This document shows, piece by piece, positions 37,156 to 45,392 of a DNA stretch of 64,000 bases (the stretch's first letter is position 1; every line of letters begins with the position of its first letter). Position numbers and translations under genes: made by a program. Below the pieces are notes generated by a model that saw only the letters and a list, made by a program, of their open reading frames with translations, was not told the origin of the DNA and ran no database searches. This stretch comes from Proteiniphilum sp. (lineage in GTDB: Bacteria > Bacteroidota > Bacteroidia > Bacteroidales > Dysgonomonadaceae): positions 11,729 through 75,728 of the forward strand of contig JADMKJ010000134.1 of assembly GCA_015478855.1 (NCBI GenBank), read 5' to 3'.

Positions 37156-39096
37156 ATGAGAAGTAAATTAAATACATTTTTGCTGGCTCTCCTGTTTATG
37201 ACAGGTGTCTTTCAGTTGCACAGTCAAAATAAAACATACCGCTGGAGCGATGAAGTGACGCTGTTGAAGCGAGTGGATCAGCTACCCCGATACAGGCATA
37301 ATCAACTGATTGAGCAGGAGTCGAGCTACGACCGCACCGGCAACAACGATGACGGTTTTTCAGGGAAATATTCATATATCAGAAAAGAGGGAGACAATCT
37401 TGTCCTGGCCGATTTCAAGGGACCCGGTGTCGTGAACAGAATCTGGACCCCCACCCCTACCAACGACACACTGCTTTTCTATTTTGACGGAGAGAAGGAC
37501 CCCCGTCTGAAGATTCGTTTTATGGATCTCTTTTCAGGAGATGTCTACCCTTTTGTGAAACCGGTGTGCGGCAATGAGATAGGAGGATATTACAGTTATA
37601 TCCCCATCCCATTCAAAGAATCGCTGAAAATAGTTTTTCAGGGAGAAAAGATCATGTTCCACCAGATTCAGTACCGTGCACTATCCGGTATGGATGTGGA
37701 GTCATGGACAGGACAGTTCACCCCTGCCGACAGGGCACTGCTTGCAGAGGTGAGCAACTTGTGGGGTGACATCTCTCCCACGGTGAACAACTATACCTCG
37801 GGTCTCTCCGGCGGGCTCCTTACGGAGGAAAAGACGTTTACCATTGAGCCGGACCAGGAGGTGCTCTTCTTCGACAAGCAGTCGGGTGGCCGGATCGTCG
37901 GCTTTGAGATTGATGGCGGCACTGCCTTTGAAGGTCTCTACAAGGATCTTATCCTCTCGGCCCGGTGGGATAATGAGTCGGTGGAGGCGATCTATGCGCC
38001 GGTAGCCGATTTCTTTGGTTACGCTTATGGAAAGCCGGCAATGAGGAGCATCCTGATGGGCAGATACAACACCACCAACTATGCTTATCTTCCAATGCCG
38101 TTTGATCATTCTGCCAGGATGAAACTGGTCTACAGGAAAAGAGATGGTATAACCCAGAGTCCTCTTCCCGTGAGTGTGAAAGTATATTATAACAACAACA
38201 AACGCGATGTGAAGGAAGAGGGTAAGCTCTATACTGTTTGGAGAAGAGAGCAGCCTGAGACAGCCAGTTTCTACGAGTTTATGAAGACCCGGGGGAAAGG
38301 CCACTATGTGGGGACAATCCATAGTGCACAGGGACTGCGACCGGGTATGACGCTCTTCTTTGAGGGGGATGACAGTACCTATGTCGATGGGAAGATGCGT
38401 ATGCACGGCACCGGATCGGAAGATTATTACAACGGTGGCTGGTACGCGCTGCTCGATCGCTGGGACCGGGGAATAAGCATGCCCATCCATGGATCTCTCG
38501 ATTATTCACTTCCGATGAACCGTACAGGTGCATACCGTTTTTTCCTCTCGGATAAGCTGAGCTTTGAGCGGGAGATATATCACGCGATGGAGCATGGTCC
38601 CGAACGGAATGAATTTCCGGTGGACTACACCTCTGTCGCTTTCTATTACGGTGCACAGCCACTCAAAGAGCGAATGGAGCCGACAGCTGCGCTGAGAGAG
38701 GTCTATCTGCCGGAGAAACATGTCTATTTCCCCCAGCTGATGGAGATCACGCTTGAAAAGGGTGTGCAGGTTATCTTTGACAGAGGGCTGTCCATCTCAT
38801 CTTTTGGCCAGGGGGCTGTAAGAGTGATGCTGACCGATGTTCCTGAGGGAAGATACAGGGTGTTGCTCAATTATCATGAGGGTCCCAAGGGAGCGGATTT
38901 CCAGATATGGCAGCGACAGTATCAGCTTTCAGACTGGCATTCAACCAAAGCGGTTGCTGACCGATATCGTGAGAACGTGCATGTAGGTGATATTCATCTC
39001 ACACCACAGACGAACTCAATCACGGTGCATGTGCGGGACAACGGTGAAGCCAACCTGTTCGAGCTAACTTTGATAACACTGGAACGAATAGATTGA
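37156..39096 (+). CDS. GH172 (DUF2961) family glycoside hydrolase, paralog 3, with a C-terminal extension of about 150 aa
   Basis: FKGPGVVNRIWTPT, FHQIQY and MHGTGSEDYYNGGWY motifs. The extra C-terminal domain is beta-rich (residues about 500-646). Confidence 0.8.
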   Translation: MRSKLNTFLLALLFMTGVFQLHSQNKTYRWSDEVTLLKRVDQLPRYRHNQLIEQESSYDRTGNNDDGFSGKYSYIRKEGDNLVLADFKGPGVVNRIWTPTPTNDTLLFYFDGEKDPRLKIRFMDLFSGDVYPFVKPVCGNEIGGYYSYIPIPFKESLKIVFQGEKIMFHQIQYRALSGMDVESWTGQFTPADRALLAEVSNLWGDISPTVNNYTSGLSGGLLTEEKTFTIEPDQEVLFFDKQSGGRIVGFEIDGGTAFEGLYKDLILSARWDNESVEAIYAPVADFFGYAYGKPAMRSILMGRYNTTNYAYLPMPFDHSARMKLVYRKRDGITQSPLPVSVKVYYNNNKRDVKEEGKLYTVWRREQPETASFYEFMKTRGKGHYVGTIHSAQGLRPGMTLFFEGDDSTYVDGKMRMHGTGSEDYYNGGWYALLDRWDRGISMPIHGSLDYSLPMNRTGAYRFFLSDKLSFEREIYHAMEHGPERNEFPVDYTSVAFYYGAQPLKERMEPTAALREVYLPEKHVYFPQLMEITLEKGVQVIFDRGLSISSFGQGAVRVMLTDVPEGRYRVLLNYHEGPKGADFQIWQRQYQLSDWHSTKAVADRYRENVHVGDIHLTPQTNSITVHVRDNGEANLFELTLITLERID

Positions 39097-39104
39097 TCAC
39101 GAAG

Positions 39105-41192
39105 ATGAAAAGACGTTTTTATACCTCCCTGATCGGATCATTTGCAGCACTCTTTTGCATGGTTGCGCAGGTATCTGATCTGACCGGAGATGAGGTGTCA
39201 GTGATAAAAACATCTTTTCCGGGTGATCATACCCGGCAGACAATTCAATATGATCAGCTGGGAGTGCAAAAGGGGCAGAGCCATGTAACTGTCATCAATG
39301 AGCAATGCCTCCATGTGAAGATCAGCTTCATGCTCGGGCAACCACTGCAGCAGGACGACTGGCAGCTGTCAGTAACCCCCGGCTTTGTACCTTCCTTTCA
39401 CTGGTCGCCGCACCTGACTCCTACCGGGAGGCATATCGTCGATCAGCATGTCTTTCGTTCACCTGCCCTGATCATGTCTGACGGTAAGCAGATGATAGCG
39501 CTTGTCCCCGATCTGGATATCATGCAAAAAGGAACAGCCGTAAGATGGTATCTCGATCTGGATGCGCCCAATAACCGCCTTATACTGGGCATGAGCAACA
39601 GTAGTGTGGCTGAGCATATCCTGTTTCAGAGGGAGCCGGGGGCGACCTACCCTGAGGGTGAAGTGGAGATTGGTTTTTATCTTTTGCATGCTGCTGATGC
39701 AGCTGCTGTGGTTAATCCATTCAGAAAACCGCTCGATTTTATCTGGAGCCGCTGGGGACACCCACTCTACCATTCAGGACACCCGGTTGCAGGAAAGCTG
39801 GAGAACTATGTGGAACATACCTACAACTGGGCGTTCAATAGCTGGGGCGATGCTGTATGGCAGGAGTTTGAACTGAATGGGAACATTGTGGGTGCACCTG
39901 TTTTTATTGTCAACACAACGCAGAGTCCCAATTATCCGGGAGAGGTGAATGAACGTGAGTTCCGTTCTGTGTGGAACCAGGCCTGGTTCAGTTCGTTGCG
40001 CTCTGCCGGTGGTTTGTACCGGTACGCGAGACGAACGGGTAATAAAGCGTTGATGGAGAAAGCATTGCTCACCAAAGAGCTGGCACTCTCCTTTCCGCAG
40101 CGGGATGGATTTTTCTATGGGCTGATCGGCACGGAGATGGAGGAGGTTGAATCGGAAGGAAGGAAATACAACAGAAGCAAAGGATGGGACACCCACTACT
40201 GGGGCAATTCAAACAGGAACCCCTATACCTGGAATCCGCGGGAAGCACCTTTCCATATCCTGGATATGAGCTGGACGGCACTGCTGATGCTGCGCTGGTA
40301 TGATGAGCTGGAGAGAGATGACCGGCTGCTCACTTATGCAGAAGATTATGCGAAATCGTTACTGAAAATACAGTATTCAAACGGATTTTTCCCGGGGTGG
40401 CTGCATCTGGAGACACTGGAGCCGATGCAACATCTGAATGAATCGCCTGAGACAGCCATGTCGGTGACATTTCTTTTGAAACTGGCAGCACTGACAGGAA
40501 ATCACGATTATAAAAAGGCGGCACTGAAAGCAATGGATGCTGTGATCCGGAACGTGATCCCCACGGGTAGATGGGAGGATTTTGAAACCTACTGGTCCTG
40601 CTCCCGCTACGGATCAGACAGCCTGGTAGGTGAAAAAGTCTTAAGGAACAATATGCATAAACAGAATAACATCTCAATGTTCTGGACAGCTGAAGCGTTG
40701 TTGGAATGCTATCTGACAACGAAGGAGAAACACTATCTTGTGATGGGACAAAGGACGCTCGACGAGTTATTGATGACACAGGCAGCATGGCAGCCTCCCT
40801 ATATGTATGTGAACGTGCTGGGAGGTTTCGGTGTGATGAATGCGGATGGTGAATGGAACGATTCGAGGCAGAGCCTCTTTGCCGGGCTGATACTTCAGTA
40901 CGGCAAGCTCCTCAGCAAGACTGAATATAGTGAAAGAGGCTACGCTGCTCTGAAAGCATCTTTTGTGATGATGTACGCTCCTGAGAATCCTCAGACAAAG
41001 ATGCAATGGGAGAAAGTATACCCGTTCTTCGGTGCGGAAGATTATGGTTTTATGATGGAAAATTACGGTCATGGCGGGCGCACCAGTCCCGGAGGAGAAG
41101 GAATGGGAGAATTTGCCATCTACGATTGGGGTAACGGCGCTGCTGCCGAAGCTTATAATCGTATACTGGATAAATTCGGGACAATGGAATAA
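39105..41192 (+). CDS. 695-aa secreted protein of unknown family (beta-rich N-domain plus helix-rich C-domain, candidate (alpha/alpha)6 glycoside hydrolase)
   Basis: The ORF starts at 39093 (TTG) and overlaps the upstream stop. The ATG at 39105 gives MKRRFYTSLIGSFAALFCMVAQV. I recognise no family motif. The C-terminal 450 aa are rich in W/Y and helix-forming repeats. Confidence 0.6.
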   Translation: MKRRFYTSLIGSFAALFCMVAQVSDLTGDEVSVIKTSFPGDHTRQTIQYDQLGVQKGQSHVTVINEQCLHVKISFMLGQPLQQDDWQLSVTPGFVPSFHWSPHLTPTGRHIVDQHVFRSPALIMSDGKQMIALVPDLDIMQKGTAVRWYLDLDAPNNRLILGMSNSSVAEHILFQREPGATYPEGEVEIGFYLLHAADAAAVVNPFRKPLDFIWSRWGHPLYHSGHPVAGKLENYVEHTYNWAFNSWGDAVWQEFELNGNIVGAPVFIVNTTQSPNYPGEVNEREFRSVWNQAWFSSLRSAGGLYRYARRTGNKALMEKALLTKELALSFPQRDGFFYGLIGTEMEEVESEGRKYNRSKGWDTHYWGNSNRNPYTWNPREAPFHILDMSWTALLMLRWYDELERDDRLLTYAEDYAKSLLKIQYSNGFFPGWLHLETLEPMQHLNESPETAMSVTFLLKLAALTGNHDYKKAALKAMDAVIRNVIPTGRWEDFETYWSCSRYGSDSLVGEKVLRNNMHKQNNISMFWTAEALLECYLTTKEKHYLVMGQRTLDELLMTQAAWQPPYMYVNVLGGFGVMNADGEWNDSRQSLFAGLILQYGKLLSKTEYSERGYAALKASFVMMYAPENPQTKMQWEKVYPFFGAEDYGFMMENYGHGGRTSPGGEGMGEFAIYDWGNGAAAEAYNRILDKFGTME

Positions 41193-41211
41193 ATAATTTT
41201 AAAGATAAACT

Positions 41212-42462
41212 ATGAAACTGAAAACATTGAACAAGAGTCTGTTGGCTGCAGGTATCGGGGCCGCTATGCTGCTCTCCTGCACAGGCAACAATAAAACATC
41301 GGACACTATGAAGAAAGAGTATGAAGCAGGGACATTCGGGTATGATCTGAACTATCTCTCAGAGAAGGATAGTCTTATCGTCCTGAAATCAGATAACGGC
41401 AAAGCACAGGTGATTGTGTCAGCGAAATACCAGGCGAAGGTATTCACCTCTACCGCTACCGGTGAAGAGGGTAAAAGTCATGGATTTGTGAATTATAAGT
41501 TCTTTGATGCCGGAATTGTCGATGAGCATATGAACGGCTTTGGAGGAGAAAACCGCTTTTGGTTAGGACCCGAAGGAGGACAATACTCCATCTTCTTTGA
41601 ACCTGGGAAGGAGCAGATCTTCGATCACTGGCACACCCCTAACGCAATCGATATAGAGGAGTGGGATGTGAACAGCGCTACTGATGCTGAGGCAACCTTC
41701 ACGAAGGAGATGGAGCTGAAGAATTATCAGGGAAGCAGCCTGAAGATTGCTGTGGAAAGAACGATCGCACTGCTCCCCGACAGTGAAATAGCTCGCACTC
41801 TCGGGATTGACTTACACGAAGGAGTGAGCGCGGTTGCCTATTCAACCGAAAACAGGATCACCAACCGCAACGATTATGAGTGGACAAAAGAGACCGGAAC
41901 AGTCTGCATATGGATGCTTGACATGTTCAATCCTTCCGATTCGGCAGTGACGGTGATACCCTATCATACTGGAGATGAAAGTAGGCTGGGCAATGTGGTC
42001 ACATCCGATTATTTCGGTGAAATCCCACCTGAAAGATTGATTGATGACAGCGGCACTATTTTTTTTAAAACAGATGGGAAAAAAAGAGGTAAACTGGGGA
42101 TGAATGCAAAACGTACAAAATTGATTGCCGGTAACTATGATCCCATCTCACAACGGCTGACTGTCGTCACTTTTGGTGCTGATCCGGAGGCTGTCTATCT
42201 CAACCAGGAGTGGAACCCCGAAAGAGAGCCGCTCACAGGTGATGCGCTTAACGCCTATAACGACGGACCGCTGGATGACGGAAGCATCATGGGGCCTTTC
42301 CTGGAACTGGAGAGCAGCTCACCTGCCGCTTTTCTGAAACCGGATGAGTCATTATCGCACATGCATAACGTCTATCATTTCGTGGGCAGCGAGGCAGCCC
42401 TCTCCCCCATCGCGGAACAGCTGCTGGGCGTGAGTCTGGAAAAAGTAAAGACAATTTTTTAA
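41212..42462 (+). CDS. 416-aa lipoprotein of unknown function (possibly mutarotase-like beta-sandwich)
   Basis: Lipobox MLLSCTG. NGFGGENRFWLGPEGGQYSIFF and FLELESSSPAAFLKPDES resemble aldose-epimerase-like supersandwich proteins. This is a weak call. Confidence 0.55.
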   Translation: MKLKTLNKSLLAAGIGAAMLLSCTGNNKTSDTMKKEYEAGTFGYDLNYLSEKDSLIVLKSDNGKAQVIVSAKYQAKVFTSTATGEEGKSHGFVNYKFFDAGIVDEHMNGFGGENRFWLGPEGGQYSIFFEPGKEQIFDHWHTPNAIDIEEWDVNSATDAEATFTKEMELKNYQGSSLKIAVERTIALLPDSEIARTLGIDLHEGVSAVAYSTENRITNRNDYEWTKETGTVCIWMLDMFNPSDSAVTVIPYHTGDESRLGNVVTSDYFGEIPPERLIDDSGTIFFKTDGKKRGKLGMNAKRTKLIAGNYDPISQRLTVVTFGADPEAVYLNQEWNPEREPLTGDALNAYNDGPLDDGSIMGPFLELESSSPAAFLKPDESLSHMHNVYHFVGSEAALSPIAEQLLGVSLEKVKTIF

Positions 42463-42605
42463 TAAGCAATAAGCAATCAGTGATCAGCATTCAGCTTTGT
42501 AGGTGAAACGTGTGTAAGGTAACGGCCCGGGATAAAAATTTCAGATAGTCCGGACTTAAGGCTGAGAGCTAGGAATTGATAACTTTAAACTGACAACTTA
42601 TCAAA

Positions 42606-44075
42606 ATGAATACAACCTCAGAAAAACATCGATTAGTTCCTGCCGGGATTATTTTCCCCTTTATTCTCCTAACATCCCTCTTTTTCATCTGGGCGGTACC
42701 CAACAACATGACCGATACGATGCTGGCGGCATTCAAACGCATCATGAGCCTCTCTGATACCCAGACAGCATGGATCCAGGTGGTCTGCTATCTGCTGGGA
42801 TATGGCTTTTTTGCACTGCCGGGGGCGATTTTTATCAAGAAACATACCTACAAATCGGGTGTGCTGCTGGGACTGGCTTTCTGTATCACGGGTGGATTCC
42901 TCTTCTATCCCGCCATGCTGGCCAATGACATCGGCTCCTTCCTCAGCTTCGCGATGTACCTGCTGGCTATCTTCGTCCTTTTCGCGGGATTGTCGGTGCT
43001 GGAGACCTCTGCCAACTCCTATGTGTATGCTTTGGGAGATCAGCATACTGCAACAAGACGACTCAACTTCTCACAGTCGTTCAACCCTTTTGGTGCCCTC
43101 ACCGGCGTGCTGGTGAGCCAGGTATTCGTACTGTCGCAACTCAATACATTGAGTGCAGCTGAGAGAGGGGCATTGCAACAGGAGGAACTGACTGCCATAC
43201 AGAACCTTGAGCTCAATGCGGTTACCGGTGCATACCTGGTACTGGGAGCGGTGATGCTGGTGCTTTTCCTGATGATTCTTTTCACCAGGATACCCAAGGC
43301 TCAGGATGATGACAGAAGCCTCAACCTGAAGGCGACGCTGGTGCGGCTGAAAAGAAACAAAAACTATGTCTGGGGGGTGGTGGCGCAGTTCTTCTATGTA
43401 GGTGCCCAGATCGCCGTATGGTCGTTCATCATTCGCTACGTGATGCAACAGCTTAATTTCGATGCGGTGATCGCCGGACTGGGTGCAAACCCCTCACAGG
43501 AGTCAATCATCGCGGCATTGCGGGATGTGGAGCCTATCGCGGGTGGTTTCTACGGCCTCACCGAGTGGCTGGGTGTTGACGCGCTGTTGCCCCGTACCGC
43601 CGAACAGGCGGGTGCGACTTATTATATCATGTCGCTTATCCTTTTCGTGGTGGGACGGTTTGTCTGTACCTGGCTGATGAAGTATATACGTCCGGTGAAC
43701 CTGCTCTCCTTTCTCTCGGTGCTGGCGATTCTCCTGTCTATTATCGTGGTCACAGGATCGGGGTTTGTGGGTGTCTATGCACTGATGGGAATCTCGGGCT
43801 GCATGTCGCTGATGTTCCCCACCATCTATGGAATAGGACTGAGAGGCCTGGGTGAAGATACCAAGATTGCCGGTTCCGGCATGGTAATGGCCATTGCCGG
43901 GGCGGCACTGCTGACGCAGCTGCAGGGGATTCTATCAGATCAGTCAGGCAGCATCCGGTTTGCCTACCTGGTACCTGCTGCCGCGTTCGCTGTCATTGCT
44001 TACTATAGCCTTACCGTTGCCCGTAACAAGCGACTGCAGGATGCTATCAGTGATCATATCACTAAAACAGAATAA
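42606..44075 (+). CDS. MFS sugar:H+ symporter of the FucP (L-fucose permease) family
   Basis: 12 TM segments. The N-terminal LFFIWAVPNNMTDTMLAAFKRIMSLSDTQTAWIQ matches the FucP/glucose-galactose transporter signature region. 489 aa. Confidence 0.85.
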   Translation: MNTTSEKHRLVPAGIIFPFILLTSLFFIWAVPNNMTDTMLAAFKRIMSLSDTQTAWIQVVCYLLGYGFFALPGAIFIKKHTYKSGVLLGLAFCITGGFLFYPAMLANDIGSFLSFAMYLLAIFVLFAGLSVLETSANSYVYALGDQHTATRRLNFSQSFNPFGALTGVLVSQVFVLSQLNTLSAAERGALQQEELTAIQNLELNAVTGAYLVLGAVMLVLFLMILFTRIPKAQDDDRSLNLKATLVRLKRNKNYVWGVVAQFFYVGAQIAVWSFIIRYVMQQLNFDAVIAGLGANPSQESIIAALRDVEPIAGGFYGLTEWLGVDALLPRTAEQAGATYYIMSLILFVVGRFVCTWLMKYIRPVNLLSFLSVLAILLSIIVVTGSGFVGVYALMGISGCMSLMFPTIYGIGLRGLGEDTKIAGSGMVMAIAGAALLTQLQGILSDQSGSIRFAYLVPAAAFAVIAYYSLTVARNKRLQDAISDHITKTE

Positions 44076-44171
44076 TGGAAAAACTGTGATAAATGCAGTC
44101 ACCGGCGGAAGCACACCATGCCTGACAGTCAGATGGGGCTCTCAGTACAGAAAAATAGAACCGTTCCATAA

Positions 44172-44206
44172 ACCCGGTTAGTTTTCTGGAGAAAAGATAA
44201 CCGGGT
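44172..44206. terminator. Long hairpin between convergent genes (bidirectional terminator candidate)
   Basis: ACCCGGTTA G TTTTCT gg AGAAAA GA TAACCGGGT. The stem is nearly perfect, about 15 bp with a small bulge. Confidence 0.6.
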
Positions 44207-44212
44207 GACCGG

Positions 44213-44569
44213 TCATCTTTTCTCACGCTCTTTTCTGAAATCCTCCTTGAATTGATAGGGCTGATAATTATCATCAATGACATTGCCATGCCTGTCCACC
44301 AGCAAATAACGAGGTATACCGTTGAAGCGGAATAGCTCCCTTAACAACAGATATTCGTCATTGGACAGATAGTGGTTGCCATACTCATTCAGCTTGTTTT
44401 CCTCCACAAACCGGTCATATGCACCTCTTGGTGAGTCGCCATCGCTGGTGATAAAAAGAAACGCCACATCCGGATTATCTTTCATCTCTTCACGCATGGC
44501 TGTCATGCTTCTGATTGCCGCAATACAGGGGCCGCAGGTAGTAGCCCAACTAATAAAGGATGATCTCAA
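44213..44569 (-). pseudogene. N-terminally truncated TlpA/thioredoxin-like fragment
   Basis: WATTCGPC redox motif only about 12 residues from the first possible (TTG) start, where normal thioredoxin folds have at least 30 residues before it. The C-terminal part (GIPRYLLVDRHGNVI) is intact. Confidence 0.45.
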
Positions 44570-44587
44570 CCAAAAGAAGGTCCGCCC

Positions 44588-45364
44588 TTACCCGGCTACG
44601 ATCGTTTGAATGCCCAGCTCCCCTACCCTTCGGGCAATTTCACGCAATACCTCTAGTGGCGCTTTTTCAAGCTCTCTGGCGGGCGTTTCCCTGTCGATGG
44701 TGTAGATCATCACCTCGCGTGGCCGGAGTGCCCTGACGAGCTGCAGCCAGGCCGAGAGCTCCTCTTCGGTGGTGTTGTCCACCACGCTCCCCTCAAACCG
44801 GCCGCGAAGGAACATCGATTGCAGAATAAAATCACCCTGAAACAGCATATACCGCTCCACCTGCTGACTTACGCTGTAGGTGGCCGCATTGGGCCGGTCG
44901 ATACGGCGTGCTGTCTCGTCGAAGGCAGAATCAAGTTTCAGGATGGGGTTGTCCACTTTTTTCATTGCATCGAACACCTCTTTTTTGTTGAGATGCAGTC
45001 CATTGGAGAGTACGCTGATTTTGGTGTGGGGAAAAAAACGGTCCCGCAGCTGCAGGGTGTCGACAATGATTCCCTCAAACTCCGGGTGCATCGTCGGTTC
45101 TCCATTACCTGCAAAGGTAATCACATCAAGCTTAGCACCCTCATCCTGCAGTGACTGCAGTTTATCCTGCAGTGCTGCGCGTACATTATCGCGGTCGGGT
45201 AATTTTGTTTTGGTGCGGAAATCCCTGTTGAACCCGCATTCGCAATAGATGCAGTCGAACGAGCAAAGTTTGCCGTCATAGGGCAGCAGGTTGACCCCCA
45301 GTGATGTTCCCATTCGTCGGCTGTGAACGGGACCATAGACTATTTCGTGAAAAAGAATCGTCAT
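44588..45364 (-). CDS. Radical SAM protein (small, stand-alone)
   Basis: CSFDCIYCEC = the CxxxCxxC 4Fe-4S/SAM motif near the N-terminus, followed by a GNGEP motif. The ATG at 45364 (MTILFHEIVYGPVHSRR) is preferred over the track's upstream TTG. Confidence 0.85.
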   Translation of the reverse strand: MTILFHEIVYGPVHSRRMGTSLGVNLLPYDGKLCSFDCIYCECGFNRDFRTKTKLPDRDNVRAALQDKLQSLQDEGAKLDVITFAGNGEPTMHPEFEGIIVDTLQLRDRFFPHTKISVLSNGLHLNKKEVFDAMKKVDNPILKLDSAFDETARRIDRPNAATYSVSQQVERYMLFQGDFILQSMFLRGRFEGSVVDNTTEEELSAWLQLVRALRPREVMIYTIDRETPARELEKAPLEVLREIARRVGELGIQTIVAG

Positions 45365-45392
45365 AACAATTAACAATTAACAATTAACAATT
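45365..45392 (-). repeat. Perfect heptanucleotide tandem repeat (AATTGTT)x4 abutting the radical SAM start codon
   Basis: The plus strand reads AACAATT x4 at 45365-45392. On the coding strand the repeat runs directly into the ATG. Confidence 0.9.

Noticed and set aside
36432-38490. Minus-strand ORFs of 191 aa (36432..37007) and 262 aa (37702..38490) antisense to GH172 paralogs 2 and 3
   Set aside because: They are shadow ORFs in the higher-GC part of the PUL. They have no signal peptide, no start context and no motif, and they fully overlap well-supported genes.
44570-44590. Programmed read-through or selenocysteine recoding joining the radical SAM and thioredoxin-like ORFs
   Set aside because: The separating codon is TAA, not TGA. 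No SECIS-like hairpin follows it. The thioredoxin part would still lack its N-terminal strands, so truncation or pseudogenisation is the simpler reading.
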